This document shows, one piece after another, positions 17,411 to 26,799 of a DNA stretch of 32,000 bases (its first letter is position 1; the number at the start of each line of letters is the position of its first letter). The DNA comes from an archaeon (lineage in GTDB: Archaea; Iainarchaeota; Iainarchaeia; Iainarchaeales; CSSED10-239): positions 108,634 to 140,633 of the forward strand of contig DAOOUC010000001.1 in the NCBI GenBank assembly GCA_035390665.1, given 5' to 3'. Both the position numbers and the translations under genes were made by a program. Under the pieces are notes generated by a model that saw only the letters and a list, made by a program, of their open reading frames with translations, made no database searches and was not told where the DNA came from.

Positions 17411-18016
17411 ATGGCCCATTTGGCCCAATCTATTTTATTTATATGTGTTTTTGTGTATAATTATATTTGTGATAAGAGTATGCCAGAAACAAAAAAACTA
17501 CTTGATCCAATAAGGATAAAAATTCTTTCTGCAATGCGAAAAAAAGATGTTTTGTCTCCAAATGTAAGACACATAAAAAGATTAACAGGGTTTCACAGAT
17601 CTACAATAAAATCATCAATAGAAAGTTTAGAAAAATCAGGATTAATTACAGGATATGCGCCTTCAATAGATCCAGTTGTTGCAGGATATGGTTTAAGAGT
17701 TTGGACTTTTTTACAAATGGATTTATCAAATGATAATGCAAATAAAGGTTTTCAACAGATAGTAAAAACTATACCTAATGTTTATCATTGTTCTGAAGTA
17801 ATAACAGATAAAGGTTACAATGTTTCTATAGGATATTTAGCAAAAAGCGTTGAAGATTATTATAATAATATTCAAAGACAATATTTTACAACTTATCCAC
17901 AAGTATATAATTATATAAAAGAAAGAACTGTATTTTACTTATCACAACCAAATTATGTACAGAAGAATGTAAGCGATACCTTGATTGATGTTTTAGAAAA
18001 AGAAGCAGGAATATAA
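17411..18016 (+). CDS. Lrp/AsnC-like winged-helix transcription regulator (start uncertain)
   Basis: LDPIRIKILSAMRKK...IKRLTGFHRSTIKSSIESLEKSGLITGYAPSIDPVVAGYGLRVWTFLQMD gives an HTH followed by a RAM-like domain. The ATG at 17411 follows the cdc6 TAA directly but adds a hydrophobic 23-aa extension. The ATG at 17480 (MPETKK) is preceded by AT-rich TATA-like sequence and may be the true start. Confidence 0.55.
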   Translation: MAHLAQSILFICVFVYNYICDKSMPETKKLLDPIRIKILSAMRKKDVLSPNVRHIKRLTGFHRSTIKSSIESLEKSGLITGYAPSIDPVVAGYGLRVWTFLQMDLSNDNANKGFQQIVKTIPNVYHCSEVITDKGYNVSIGYLAKSVEDYYNNIQRQYFTTYPQVYNYIKERTVFYLSQPNYVQKNVSDTLIDVLEKEAGI

Positions 18017-18814
18017 ATGCAAGTTGAAATTAGTTATGAATTGTCTGCAGGAAAAAACGCAGAAAATAAATACAGGGGCAGAAATAGATATTTAGAAAAA
18101 ATAAAAGGAATAGACAAAGCAGTAGAAATAACAAAAACAAAGATGTTAAAAATCGATAAACAAAAATTAAAAAAACCAGATATTGAAATTCAAAAGAAAG
18201 AAATAAAAAATAAAGATTGGTTTGAAAAATTCAAATGGTTTTATACTACAAATAATTTCTTAGTAATTGCGGGAAGAGATGCAAAGAACAATGAGCAATT
18301 AGTAAAAAAGCATTTTTCTGAAAACGATTTATATTTTCATGCAGATATTCATGGAGCACCACACACGGTGTTATTAAATCCAGAAAAAAAAGAAATCTCT
18401 GAGATTGATAAAGAAGAAGCCGCAAATTTTGCTGCAATTCATTCTTCTGCATGGAAAAGTCAAACCTTTTCAATTGATGTTTATTCTGTTGGTTATGGAC
18501 AAGTTTCTAAGACTGCAGGAACTGGAGAGTCTCTTGGAACTGGCGCTTTTGTTATAAGGGGTAAAAGAGATTATTATAAAAAAATAGATTTAACTTTAGG
18601 CATTTATTTTGATAATAAAAGACAAAAAATAATTGCTTCTCCAATATCTGTTTTAAAAAACCAAAAAGAAATAACTCAATTACTTCCTGGAAGCATTAAA
18701 AAATCAGAAGTTTGTAAGATAATAACAGAAAAATTAAAAAAAAAAGGAATTAATGTATCAGTAGACGATTTAATGAGTTTACTTCCACCAGGAGATTGCG
18801 AAATAAAAAATTAA
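18017..18814 (+). CDS. NFACT-R (DUF814) domain protein, equivalent to the C-terminal third of Rqc2/NEMF/RqcH
   Basis: SAGKNAENKYRGRNRYLEKIKG (conserved NA-x-x-Y coiled-coil segment), then DWFEKFKWFYTTNNFLVIAGRDAKNNEQLVKKHFSENDLYFHADIHGAPHTVL (NFACT-R core). Only 265 aa; no NFACT-N or HhH part. Confidence 0.7.
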   Translation: MQVEISYELSAGKNAENKYRGRNRYLEKIKGIDKAVEITKTKMLKIDKQKLKKPDIEIQKKEIKNKDWFEKFKWFYTTNNFLVIAGRDAKNNEQLVKKHFSENDLYFHADIHGAPHTVLLNPEKKEISEIDKEEAANFAAIHSSAWKSQTFSIDVYSVGYGQVSKTAGTGESLGTGAFVIRGKRDYYKKIDLTLGIYFDNKRQKIIASPISVLKNQKEITQLLPGSIKKSEVCKIITEKLKKKGINVSVDDLMSLLPPGDCEIKN

Positions 18815-19600
18815 ATGGCGAAAAAAATTATGGGCAAATTTTCAAGAATAAAAAAAATATTTAAAAAAAAAGAAAAAGTTGAAAAGAAACCAGTTGTTGA
18901 TAAAATAATAGAAGAACACAAAGAATCAAGCAAGGTATTAAAAGCAATTAATTCAAGATTTAAAGAAGAATTACAGTCTGCTAATGCCCTAAACATATTT
19001 GATGAATTATTGGACTATTCTCAATCAATTGTAGATTCTAGAGAATTTAATTCAAAACGTTTTTTAGAATGTTTTAGAAATAGAGATGGAAGAGTTCTTA
19101 AAAAAACACCACATTATATTTTACAATATCTTAGAAGTCCAACACAGAAAGGTATTGATTTATCTTTAACTTTGATAACTACAAGAGGGGCTAGTAATTA
19201 TTTAGTTAGATTAGTGTCTTTGGAATCAGCAAAGGAAAATGCAATACGAGAAAGTTCTATTGTCAAAAAAAAATACGCTTTGCTTTTGGAACAACTAGGA
19301 GTAAAAACAATTAAAGCAGAATTTAGTTTATTCGACCCAATAAAAAAAATTGATTTGTCAGTTTATCCTAATTTTGAAATAAGAGAGGCCGCAATTCCAA
19401 CAGATTCTGAAAAACAAAGATTTATTGATAGTATAGACCAAAGATATAAACAATTAATAAAGAAAAAAACAGAACTTAAGGATACCCAATTAGTTGATCT
19501 TTCCGTGATTGGCACAACCCCCTTACCAATATATAAAATTACTAAAGACTCTTCAAGATATAAAGAAGGAGAATTAGTAGTGGATACGAGAGTGAATTAA
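18815..19600 (+). CDS. hypothetical protein, translationally coupled between the NFACT-R gene and cdc48
   Basis: 261 aa. Its ATG directly follows the upstream TAA, and its stop lies 1 nt before the cdc48 ATG. Basic N-terminus (KKIFKKKEKVEKK). No family recognised. Confidence 0.55.
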   Translation: MAKKIMGKFSRIKKIFKKKEKVEKKPVVDKIIEEHKESSKVLKAINSRFKEELQSANALNIFDELLDYSQSIVDSREFNSKRFLECFRNRDGRVLKKTPHYILQYLRSPTQKGIDLSLTLITTRGASNYLVRLVSLESAKENAIRESSIVKKKYALLLEQLGVKTIKAEFSLFDPIKKIDLSVYPNFEIREAAIPTDSEKQRFIDSIDQRYKQLIKKKTELKDTQLVDLSVIGTTPLPIYKITKDSSRYKEGELVVDTRVN

Positions 19601-19601
19601 A

Positions 19602-21728
19602 ATGATAAAATTAAAAGTCTTAGAAGCAAATGAAGAATATGTAGGGAAAGGAGTAGTTACTTTAAGTACTTCCATAAAACAAAAACTAGGGCTTGTTTCT
19701 GGAGACACAATAGAAATAAATGGAAATAAAATTACCGTTGCAAATGTTTGGCCAGAAAAAGAAATTACAGAAGAAGAAACAATAAGAATGGATCAATTCA
19801 TAAGACAAAATGCAGGAGTAACAATTGGAGAATATGTTACAATCAATAAAATAAATCCAGTTGTTGCAAAAAAAATTATACTTTCTCCAAATACAGAACT
19901 TACAATTTTTTCAGCAAATTATGATTTAATCATAAAGAAAGCATTAACTGGAAGAGCTTTTAGAGAAGCAGATAGTGTTGTTGTTGGGGTTTTTGGAACA
20001 AGTGTTATTTTTACAGTCCACTCTACTGAGCCAAAAGAAAGTGTTTTACTTTCAGAAGAAACAGAATTTATAGTTAGTGAAAAACCATTATCTAGAATTA
20101 CTAAAAAGCAGATTCTTGGATATGAAGATATTGGCGGATTAAAAAAAGAATTAGAGATAATAAGAGAGATGGTTGAACTTCCAATAAAGTATCCGGAATA
20201 TTTTAATCAATTAAATATTTCTCCACCAAAAGGAATACTTCTTTATGGGCCACCAGGAACCGGAAAAACTTTACTTGCAAAAGCAATTTCTGCAGAACTA
20301 AAAGCAAAATTCTTTTCTGTTGATGCCCCGCAAATTATGACTAAATATGTTGGCGAAGCAGAAGAAAAGATAAGAAATATTTTTTCAGCAGCGCAAAAAA
20401 ATTCTCCTGCTGTAATTTTTATTGACGAAATAGATGCAATTGCTTCTAAAAGAGAAACAATGGTAAATGATGTTGAGAAAAGAGTTGTTGCTCAACTTCT
20501 GTCTTGTATGGATGGAATTGGAGACAGAGGCGAAGTTGTAGTAATTGGTGCAACAAACAGACAAGCAGATATTGATTCAGCATTAAGAAGACCAGGGAGA
20601 TTTGACAAAGAAATTGAAATCAGCGTACCAAATCAAAAAGCAAGAGAAGAAATTTTAAAAATTCACACACGAAATGTACCATTAAACAAAGATGTGTCAT
20701 TAAAAGAGATTTCAGAAATAACACACGGATATGTAGGTGCAGATCTTTCAGCTCTTGTAAAAGAAGCAGGAATTTCTGCAATTAAGAATTCAATTAAAGA
20801 GACTAATCCAAATTCAGAAGATAATAAAGCACTAGAGAATTTAAAAATAAAAAAGCAAGACTTTACCTATGCTTTAAGTGTTGTTCAGCCATCAGCTTTA
20901 AGAGAAGTTTTTGTAGAAACACCAACAATTAATCTTAAAGATATTGGAGCATTACATGAACAAAAAGAAATTTTTAAAGACATGATAGAATTAACAATTA
21001 ACAAAAAAGAAATTGTAGAAAAAATGAACTTAAGGATTCCAAGAAGTGTTCTGTTATATGGTCCTCCAGGAACAGGAAAAACAATTTTTGTTAAAGCTTG
21101 TGCTAAAGAATACGGTTTAAATTTTATTTATGTAAAAGGGCCAGAAATTTTAAATAAATGGGTGGGGCAATCAGAAAAGACAATAAGAGACATTTTTAAA
21201 AAAGCAAGAGAGGTTAGTCCTGCAATTATTTTCTTTGATGAGATTGATTCTTTGACCAGTGAAAAAAATTTTGAGAATAATCAACCAAGAGTGCTTGATC
21301 AATTATTGACTGAACTTGATAATCTAAATAAAGATATAATTTTTGTATCTGCAACAAATAGGCCAGACTTAATCGATAACTCTCTTCTAAGAAGTGGAAG
21401 GATTGATAAAATTATAGAATTTAATGTTCCAAATAAAGATGAAAGAAAAGAAATTCTTAATTTAATTCTAATTAATATTCCAAAAAAAGAACTAGATATT
21501 GATGAAATTGTAGAACTTACAGAGAATTATTCTGGAGCAGACTTAAATCTTTTAATAACAGATGCAACTCTGCTTTCTTTAAAAGAAAAAAATTATAAAG
21601 AAACAAAATTAACACAAGAGCACATCATTAAAACATTAAAGAAAATAAAACCAACAATATCAAAAGAGCAATTAAATTATTATGAAGAGTTTAAACAAAC
21701 AAATAAGATTTTAACATATATACAATAG
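19602..21728 (+). CDS. cdc48: Cdc48/VCP-type AAA+ ATPase (N domain + D1 + D2)
   Basis: N-domain LKVLEA...[27 protein letters not shown]. Two Walker A loops ([26 protein letters not shown]), two Walker B motifs (IFIDEID, IFFDEID), and SRH regions (ATNR...[10 protein letters not shown]; [18 protein letters not shown]). Confidence 0.9.
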   Translation: MIKLKVLEANEEYVGKGVVTLSTSIKQKLGLVSGDTIEINGNKITVANVWPEKEITEEETIRMDQFIRQNAGVTIGEYVTINKINPVVAKKIILSPNTELTIFSANYDLIIKKALTGRAFREADSVVVGVFGTSVIFTVHSTEPKESVLLSEETEFIVSEKPLSRITKKQILGYEDIGGLKKELEIIREMVELPIKYPEYFNQLNISPPKGILLYGPPGTGKTLLAKAISAELKAKFFSVDAPQIMTKYVGEAEEKIRNIFSAAQKNSPAVIFIDEIDAIASKRETMVNDVEKRVVAQLLSCMDGIGDRGEVVVIGATNRQADIDSALRRPGRFDKEIEISVPNQKAREEILKIHTRNVPLNKDVSLKEISEITHGYVGADLSALVKEAGISAIKNSIKETNPNSEDNKALENLKIKKQDFTYALSVVQPSALREVFVETPTINLKDIGALHEQKEIFKDMIELTINKKEIVEKMNLRIPRSVLLYGPPGTGKTIFVKACAKEYGLNFIYVKGPEILNKWVGQSEKTIRDIFKKAREVSPAIIFFDEIDSLTSEKNFENNQPRVLDQLLTELDNLNKDIIFVSATNRPDLIDNSLLRSGRIDKIIEFNVPNKDERKEILNLILINIPKKELDIDEIVELTENYSGADLNLLITDATLLSLKEKNYKETKLTQEHIIKTLKKIKPTISKEQLNYYEEFKQTNKILTYIQ

Positions 21729-21738
21729 AGGAAAAAAT

Positions 21739-21825
21739 ATGGGTGCAACACCAAAAACAAATTTTAGAAGAATAAAACAAAGGCCAATTCTAAAGGCCCC
21801 AAAAATAAAGAAGAAAAAAAGTTAA
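21739..21825 (+). CDS. possible very small basic protein (28 aa), unverified
   Basis: ATG at 21739, preceded by GAGGAAAAAAT. Translation MGATPKTNFRRIKQRPILKAPKIKKKKS, stop TAA at 21823-21825. Below normal ORF-calling thresholds. Could equally be a non-coding 3' region. Confidence 0.2.
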   Translation: MGATPKTNFRRIKQRPILKAPKIKKKKS

Positions 21826-22430
21826 AAGAATCCAAGTACAAACATAAAGAATATTGGTATAGCAATTAATATACCCCAAACTAAAGGATTCCATCTAATT
21901 ATTTTTGCACCATCAAGTGGTCCAAATGGAATAAGATTAAAAAATGCAATCCATAAGTTAATCATTAATCCATAACTAACAACTAACATTGGTGCACCAA
22001 TGATAGCGGCAATAAAAAATAAAAGAGCCATTACTAAATTTGTTACTGGCCCAGCCATAGAGGTTATTCCATCTTCTTTAATGCTGTGCGATTTTCCATA
22101 AATATAAACTGCCCCGGGAGCAATAAAAATTACGCCTAAAAGCCCAGCAAGTGCAATACCAAAAATTAAAAAAGGAAGCCACATTACAAATCTAGCTTGT
22201 GCTCCAAAATGGATTCCTGTGTATTTGTGTGCCATTTCGTGAGCAATAAATGAAGTGGCAGTAATTATAAGACTTAATCCGAAGTTTGTTAAAAATCCAC
22301 TCCAGGTAAAAACAAAATTTTTGGTTACATAATCCAAAAGACTATAATTTCCAATAACTATTGCAAAGCAAAAAGAAATTGCTATCCAAGCAATAAATAA
22401 ATCATAAATTTCTGAGTTTTTTTTAATCAT
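21822..22430 (-). CDS. site-2 protease family (peptidase M50) intramembrane metalloprotease
   Basis: HEMAHKY (HExxH in a TM helix) and FNLIPFGPLDGAKI (LDG motif). Multi-pass membrane protein. The track start at 22445 is TTG; the first ATG is at 22430. Confidence 0.75.
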   Translation of the reverse strand: MIKKNSEIYDLFIAWIAISFCFAIVIGNYSLLDYVTKNFVFTWSGFLTNFGLSLIITATSFIAHEMAHKYTGIHFGAQARFVMWLPFLIFGIALAGLLGVIFIAPGAVYIYGKSHSIKEDGITSMAGPVTNLVMALLFFIAAIIGAPMLVVSYGLMINLWIAFFNLIPFGPLDGAKIIRWNPLVWGILIAIPIFFMFVLGFF

Positions 22431-22441
22431 AATAATGCCTC

Positions 22442-23188
22442 TCAAATATTAATGTTAGGAAACAATTTTAAAAAGTTGGTTTGAATTATTTCTTTTAGTT
22501 CATTTAATTCAATTTTATACTCTGCAGAAAATATTTCATAAGATTTTTTAATGTCTGAAATTAAAAGTGGTTTTCCATCATAAGAAATAGGGTAATCTGT
22601 TTCTATAAATATTTGATCTAAATGTTCTTTTATGTTTAAAATATTTGGTTTAGAAAATCTAGAAGTAAGATAATATCCTCTGTCAAGTGCAGTATTTATT
22701 TCTTCATCTGTACCAGAATACCAATGTAGTATTATCTTTTTATGGTTAGTTGTAGATAAGATATCTAATATTTTTTTGGTTGCATATCTTGTATGAATGA
22801 CTATTGGATAATTAAGTTTTTCTGCTAATTCTAATTGTTTTTCAAAAACAATTTGTTGCTCTTTTCTTATAGATTGATCTTTTGTAATCTTGTAATCAAT
22901 TCCAACTTCGCCAATTGCAATTGCATTTTTAAAATTGATTTTTTTAATTTGATTTAGGCATTCTTCTAAGCTATTTTTTAAGATAACATCAGGATATAGG
23001 CCATAAGCGAAATAAAGTCCAAGAATGTTCTCTTGTCTTATTTTTTCCAGTTTTTCAACACTTTCTAAAGAGACAGCAGCAGTTAAAGATATTTGCTCTT
23101 TGCTATTAAATTGTTTTTTTAATTCTAAAATAGATAAATCATCATAATGACAATGCATATCTATGAATTTAAAATCTTTATTGTCCAT
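22442..23188 (-). CDS. tatD: TatD-family metal-dependent hydrolase/DNase
   Basis: FIDMHCHYD, IGEVGIDY, VIHTR, ILHWYSG, IETDYP: the ordered TatD metal-ligand motifs. Confidence 0.8.
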   Translation of the reverse strand: MDNKDFKFIDMHCHYDDLSILELKKQFNSKEQISLTAAVSLESVEKLEKIRQENILGLYFAYGLYPDVILKNSLEECLNQIKKINFKNAIAIGEVGIDYKITKDQSIRKEQQIVFEKQLELAEKLNYPIVIHTRYATKKILDILSTTNHKKIILHWYSGTDEEINTALDRGYYLTSRFSKPNILNIKEHLDQIFIETDYPISYDGKPLLISDIKKSYEIFSAEYKIELNELKEIIQTNFLKLFPNINI

Positions 23189-23197
23189 AAATATTAT

Positions 23198-23836
23198 ATG
23201 CCTACACTTAATTTTAAAGAGTATAGTTTGGATATCCCTGCAAGGGTTTATCTTCCAAGCGATGACACGGATTTGTTATTGGAAATTATTGATGAAAAAA
23301 TAATTAAAACCAATAAAAAATACAATAAAGCAATAGAAATTGGAAGTGGAAATGCATTTTTATCTTTAGCAATCTATGATAATGTTAATGAATTATATTC
23401 TACAGATATTAATCCAATAGTAGTAGATTATTTATTAAATGTAAAAGAGAGATACAATTTAGAAAAAATGAAAATCATTTATTCAAATCTGTTTGAATCT
23501 ATTGATGAAAATGAAAAATTCGATTTGATTGTTTTTAATCCGCCATATGTACCAACAGAAGAATTAAGTGAAGATGAAGATTTAGATGAAATAAATGGTT
23601 ATGATTTGGCAGTAAATGGAGGGCAAGACGGCAGAGAAATTATTGATAAATTTTTAGATAAATTGCCTTTACATTTATCTGAAAAAGGAGAGTGCTATCT
23701 TTTGATTTCTTCTTTAAATAAGCCAATAGAAATTATTGAAAACCTTAAACAGAAAAATCTAAATTCAGAAATAATTGGCACAAAAAAATTATTTTTTGAA
23801 GAATTATTTGTATTAAAAATAAATTGGAAAATTTAG
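23198..23836 (+). CDS. HemK/Mtq2-like SAM-dependent N5-glutamine methyltransferase
   Basis: AIEIGSGNAFLSL (SAM motif I), DINP, LIVFNPPYVP (NPPY), GGQDGREII. The track start at 23147 lies antisense within tatD; the ATG at 23198 is preferred. Confidence 0.65.
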   Translation: MPTLNFKEYSLDIPARVYLPSDDTDLLLEIIDEKIIKTNKKYNKAIEIGSGNAFLSLAIYDNVNELYSTDINPIVVDYLLNVKERYNLEKMKIIYSNLFESIDENEKFDLIVFNPPYVPTEELSEDEDLDEINGYDLAVNGGQDGREIIDKFLDKLPLHLSEKGECYLLISSLNKPIEIIENLKQKNLNSEIIGTKKLFFEELFVLKINWKI

Positions 23837-23838
23837 TT

Positions 23839-24945
23839 ATGCCAGCAAATGTAACCTACGAGTATATTGCAGCTCAAAAGAAATACGATGAAGCAAGAAC
23901 AGATGAAGAAAAATTAATTGCTCTTCAAGGTATGCTATCGGCAGCTCCAACACACAAAGGCTCTGAAAATCTAAGAAAAGACATAAGTAAGAGAATATCA
24001 GAATTAAAAAACAAAATGGAGAAAAAAGCCGCCCAACAAAAAAAAACAGGAAATGCAATTAATATTAAAAAAGAAGGGGCTGGCCAAGTAGTTATTATTG
24101 GTCAAGCAAATTCAGGTAAAAGTACATTTTTAGCAAAATTTACAAATGCAAAACCAACCATTGCTCCATACCCATACACCACAACAAAACCAGAAGTAGG
24201 GGTTCTAAATTATGGTGGTGCTTTAATACAATTAGTAGAAGTACCGTCTTTTATGGAATCAAAAGAATTGGCTAATCAAATATTTTCTATTATTAGATGT
24301 GCAGATGCTGTTATTTTTGCTATTCCAAACAATTCAAAAGAGCAATTAGATCAATTAATTAATCTTTTAGAATCTCAAGACATATATATCACAAAGAAAA
24401 GACCAAATGTAGAATTTACTAAAAGTCAATATCCTGGAATTACTTTTATTAATGAGCAAAATTTACTTGTCCCAAAAGATCAAGCCGTTGCACTTTTAAG
24501 AGATGCGGGATTTAGAAGCCACACAGTAATTCTTGGACAAAAATTAGATTTAAATGCTCTTTTACTTTTAATGAACCCAAGAGCAGTTTATCATAGTGCA
24601 ATTGCGGTTTTTATGCCAATACAAAAAGAATATAAATTGCCTGAAGAATATAAAAATATTAAATTATTCAATATAAGTCAAGAAACAGAAATAACTGAAA
24701 TTATTTTTAAAATGGTAAATAAAATCATTGTTTATACAAAAAAACCAGGACAGAAGGCAGATCTATCTGATCCGTTGGTTTTAGAAAAAGGGACGACAGT
24801 TACAGAAGCAGCAAAGCAAATACACAAAACAATTTCTAAAGATTTAAAGTCTGCAAAAGTGTGGGGGAGTACAAGATTTCCTGGCCAAAATGTTTCTAAA
24901 AATTATGTTCTTAAAGATAAAGATATAGTAGAATTTGTTGCTTAA
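23839..24945 (+). CDS. DRG/Obg-family GTPase with C-terminal TGS domain
   Basis: G1 GQANSGKSTF, G2 YPYTTTKPEVGV, then a TGS-like end VTEAAKQIHKTISKDLKSAKVWGSTRFPGQNVSKNYVLKDKDIVEF. The track start at 23824 is TTG; the first ATG is at 23839. Confidence 0.75.
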   Translation: MPANVTYEYIAAQKKYDEARTDEEKLIALQGMLSAAPTHKGSENLRKDISKRISELKNKMEKKAAQQKKTGNAINIKKEGAGQVVIIGQANSGKSTFLAKFTNAKPTIAPYPYTTTKPEVGVLNYGGALIQLVEVPSFMESKELANQIFSIIRCADAVIFAIPNNSKEQLDQLINLLESQDIYITKKRPNVEFTKSQYPGITFINEQNLLVPKDQAVALLRDAGFRSHTVILGQKLDLNALLLLMNPRAVYHSAIAVFMPIQKEYKLPEEYKNIKLFNISQETEITEIIFKMVNKIIVYTKKPGQKADLSDPLVLEKGTTVTEAAKQIHKTISKDLKSAKVWGSTRFPGQNVSKNYVLKDKDIVEFVA

Positions 24946-25025
24946 TTATTTTACATAAAAAACAACATTTAAAAATCATATCTTTATATATTATTTTAGA
25001 AAAATATATTTATAACTCTAAAAAT

Positions 25026-25910
25026 ATGAAAGAAGAACAAAATAAACAAGAAAGCAAGAAAGATGCTTTCGAAGAAAAATTGTATACTTTATTCTTGCCA
25101 TTAACAGAAAAGATAGAAATGAAAGAACTTGAAGAAAAGTTAAGGCAAGCAGATAGTCCAGATGAATTGGATTATTATTTATCTAAGCATTTGTTTTTTG
25201 CTGTATTTGTACCTTTATTATTTTTACTGTGCGGTTCTTTTATATTTATTTTTTTAGATCTGCCACAATATTTACCTAATTTTTTTATTTTTTGTTTTTT
25301 TTCAGTGTTTGCAATAATTATTTATGCAATAATTAATCCTTATCTTCAAGTTGGTTCAAAGACATCCAATATAAAAAATAGTTTGTCTCTTGCAATCTTA
25401 AGTATGTCAAGTATTGCAGAATCTGGTGCACCTCCAGAAACAATGTTTCACACAAGTGCAATAAAATCAGAAACCCCGTATTTAAGTAAAGAATTTGAAA
25501 AATTAAATGGATATTTAGCATTAGGATATTCTTTACCTCAAGCAATAGATCATTTGTGTACAAGCACACCATCTCCAGAATTAAAAAAATTCTTATTAGA
25601 ATTAAAATCCAGTTTAGAATCTGGTGGTTCTTTACCTGAATTTATGAAAAAAAAGGCAGAGCATGCTCAGTTCACTTATAAATTAATGCTTGATGGGATG
25701 AATAAAAGAGCAGAAACTTTTGGAGATATTTATTCTGCAATAGTTATTGCTGGTCCACTATTCCTATTTTCTTCAATTATGCTTTTAGGTATGATTGGGG
25801 GTGGCGGATTTGGAGGAATGAGTATTGAAACTTTGATGGTTATTGGGGTATTTGGGCTTGTTCCATTAATTAATATTTTTTTTATAATAATTTTACAATT
25901 CGTATCATAA
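25026..25910 (+). CDS. type IV filament platform protein, single T2SS-F domain (FlaJ/PilC N-half or TadB-like)
   Basis: 294 aa. TM helices flank a cytoplasmic T2SS-F-type domain: LSLAILSMSSIAESGAPPETMF...YSLPQAIDHLCTSTPSPELKKFLLELKSSLESGGSLPEFMKKKAE. Confidence 0.7.
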   Translation: MKEEQNKQESKKDAFEEKLYTLFLPLTEKIEMKELEEKLRQADSPDELDYYLSKHLFFAVFVPLLFLLCGSFIFIFLDLPQYLPNFFIFCFFSVFAIIIYAIINPYLQVGSKTSNIKNSLSLAILSMSSIAESGAPPETMFHTSAIKSETPYLSKEFEKLNGYLALGYSLPQAIDHLCTSTPSPELKKFLLELKSSLESGGSLPEFMKKKAEHAQFTYKLMLDGMNKRAETFGDIYSAIVIAGPLFLFSSIMLLGMIGGGGFGGMSIETLMVIGVFGLVPLINIFFIIILQFVS

Positions 25911-26738
25911 ATGAAAATAAATCCAAGATTAGCATTTCTGCTAGATTATGCAGCAAAAGGAGCGATTGGTTCACTTATACTTGGAATATTTTTAATTAGA
26001 ACAAAATTGATGATCTTTACAATTTTTCCAGTAATTTTAGCAGTAGGATTAGCATCTATAATTTACACAAAAAAAATAAGGTCATTAGAGACCAACCTTT
26101 TTGTTTTTCTTGATGATCTAAAAGATTTATTGCAAGGTGGAATGAATATAGTTACAGCAATGGAAATTATAGCAGATCATGATTATGGGGCATTAAACGA
26201 ATACACTAAAAGAATTGCTGCACAATTAAAAATAGGTGTTGCATTTGAAGTAGCATTAATTGAAGTTTTTGGAGAAGTAGATAGTCCATTATTTAGTAAA
26301 ATTGCAAATGTAATTGCTGAAACCATGAAATATGGTGGTAATTTAATTAAAATATTTAGTTCTGTTTCAAATTATGTAAAATTAGTTGATGAAATGGGAG
26401 AAGAAAGAAGATCTAAAACATTTTCAACAGTCTTCTCATCCTATTTTATGTTTTTCATTTTTATTGCAATTATTTTAACTATCCAAATTGTTTTCTTACC
26501 AATGTTAACATCTAGTGATTTAAATGCAGTTGGTGGCGGAACCGGTGGTGCATCATTAGGTGATATTAATTTTAATGCATATTTCTTATATCTTTTAATA
26601 ATACAAGCAGGATTTGCAGGTCCAATAATTGGAAAAATTTCGGAAGGAAATGCGATTGCAGGAATTAAACATTCTATTATACTTTTAGTTATTTCAATTC
26701 CATTATATGTTTTAGTTTCATTGTTTTTTGTTAAGTAA
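25911..26738 (+). CDS. type IV filament platform protein, single T2SS-F domain (FlaJ/PilC C-half or TadC-like)
   Basis: 275 aa. LKDLLQGGMNIVTAMEIIADHDYGALNEY...LKIGVAFEVALIEVFGEVDSPLFSKIANVIAETMKYGGNLIKIF plus flanking TM helices. The ATG directly follows the TAA of the upstream half, in the same frame. Confidence 0.7.
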   Translation: MKINPRLAFLLDYAAKGAIGSLILGIFLIRTKLMIFTIFPVILAVGLASIIYTKKIRSLETNLFVFLDDLKDLLQGGMNIVTAMEIIADHDYGALNEYTKRIAAQLKIGVAFEVALIEVFGEVDSPLFSKIANVIAETMKYGGNLIKIFSSVSNYVKLVDEMGEERRSKTFSTVFSSYFMFFIFIAIILTIQIVFLPMLTSSDLNAVGGGTGGASLGDINFNAYFLYLLIIQAGFAGPIIGKISEGNAIAGIKHSIILLVISIPLYVLVSLFFVK

Positions 26739-26752
26739 GTAAATAAGTAATA

Positions 26753-26760
26753 TTTATAAA
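26753..26760 (+). promoter_or_regulatory. candidate TATA box for the pilin gene string
   Basis: TTTATAAA lies about 40 nt upstream of the 26800 ATG, in the only real intergenic gap of the locus. Weak evidence, because the whole genome is AT-rich. Confidence 0.25.
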
Positions 26761-26799
26761 TATATATATAATATTAATAATTAGAATAAAGAGATTAAT

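Noticed and set aside
25908-25913. In-frame TAA between the two T2SS-F halves read as a pseudogenising nonsense mutation or stop-codon readthrough
   Set aside because: The same TAA-ATG junction joins clearly independent genes elsewhere in the window (17408-17413, 18014-18019, 18812-18817), so it looks like the normal coupling style of this genome. Each half is a complete domain with its own TM helices. This is kept as an alternative to test, not called a pseudogene.
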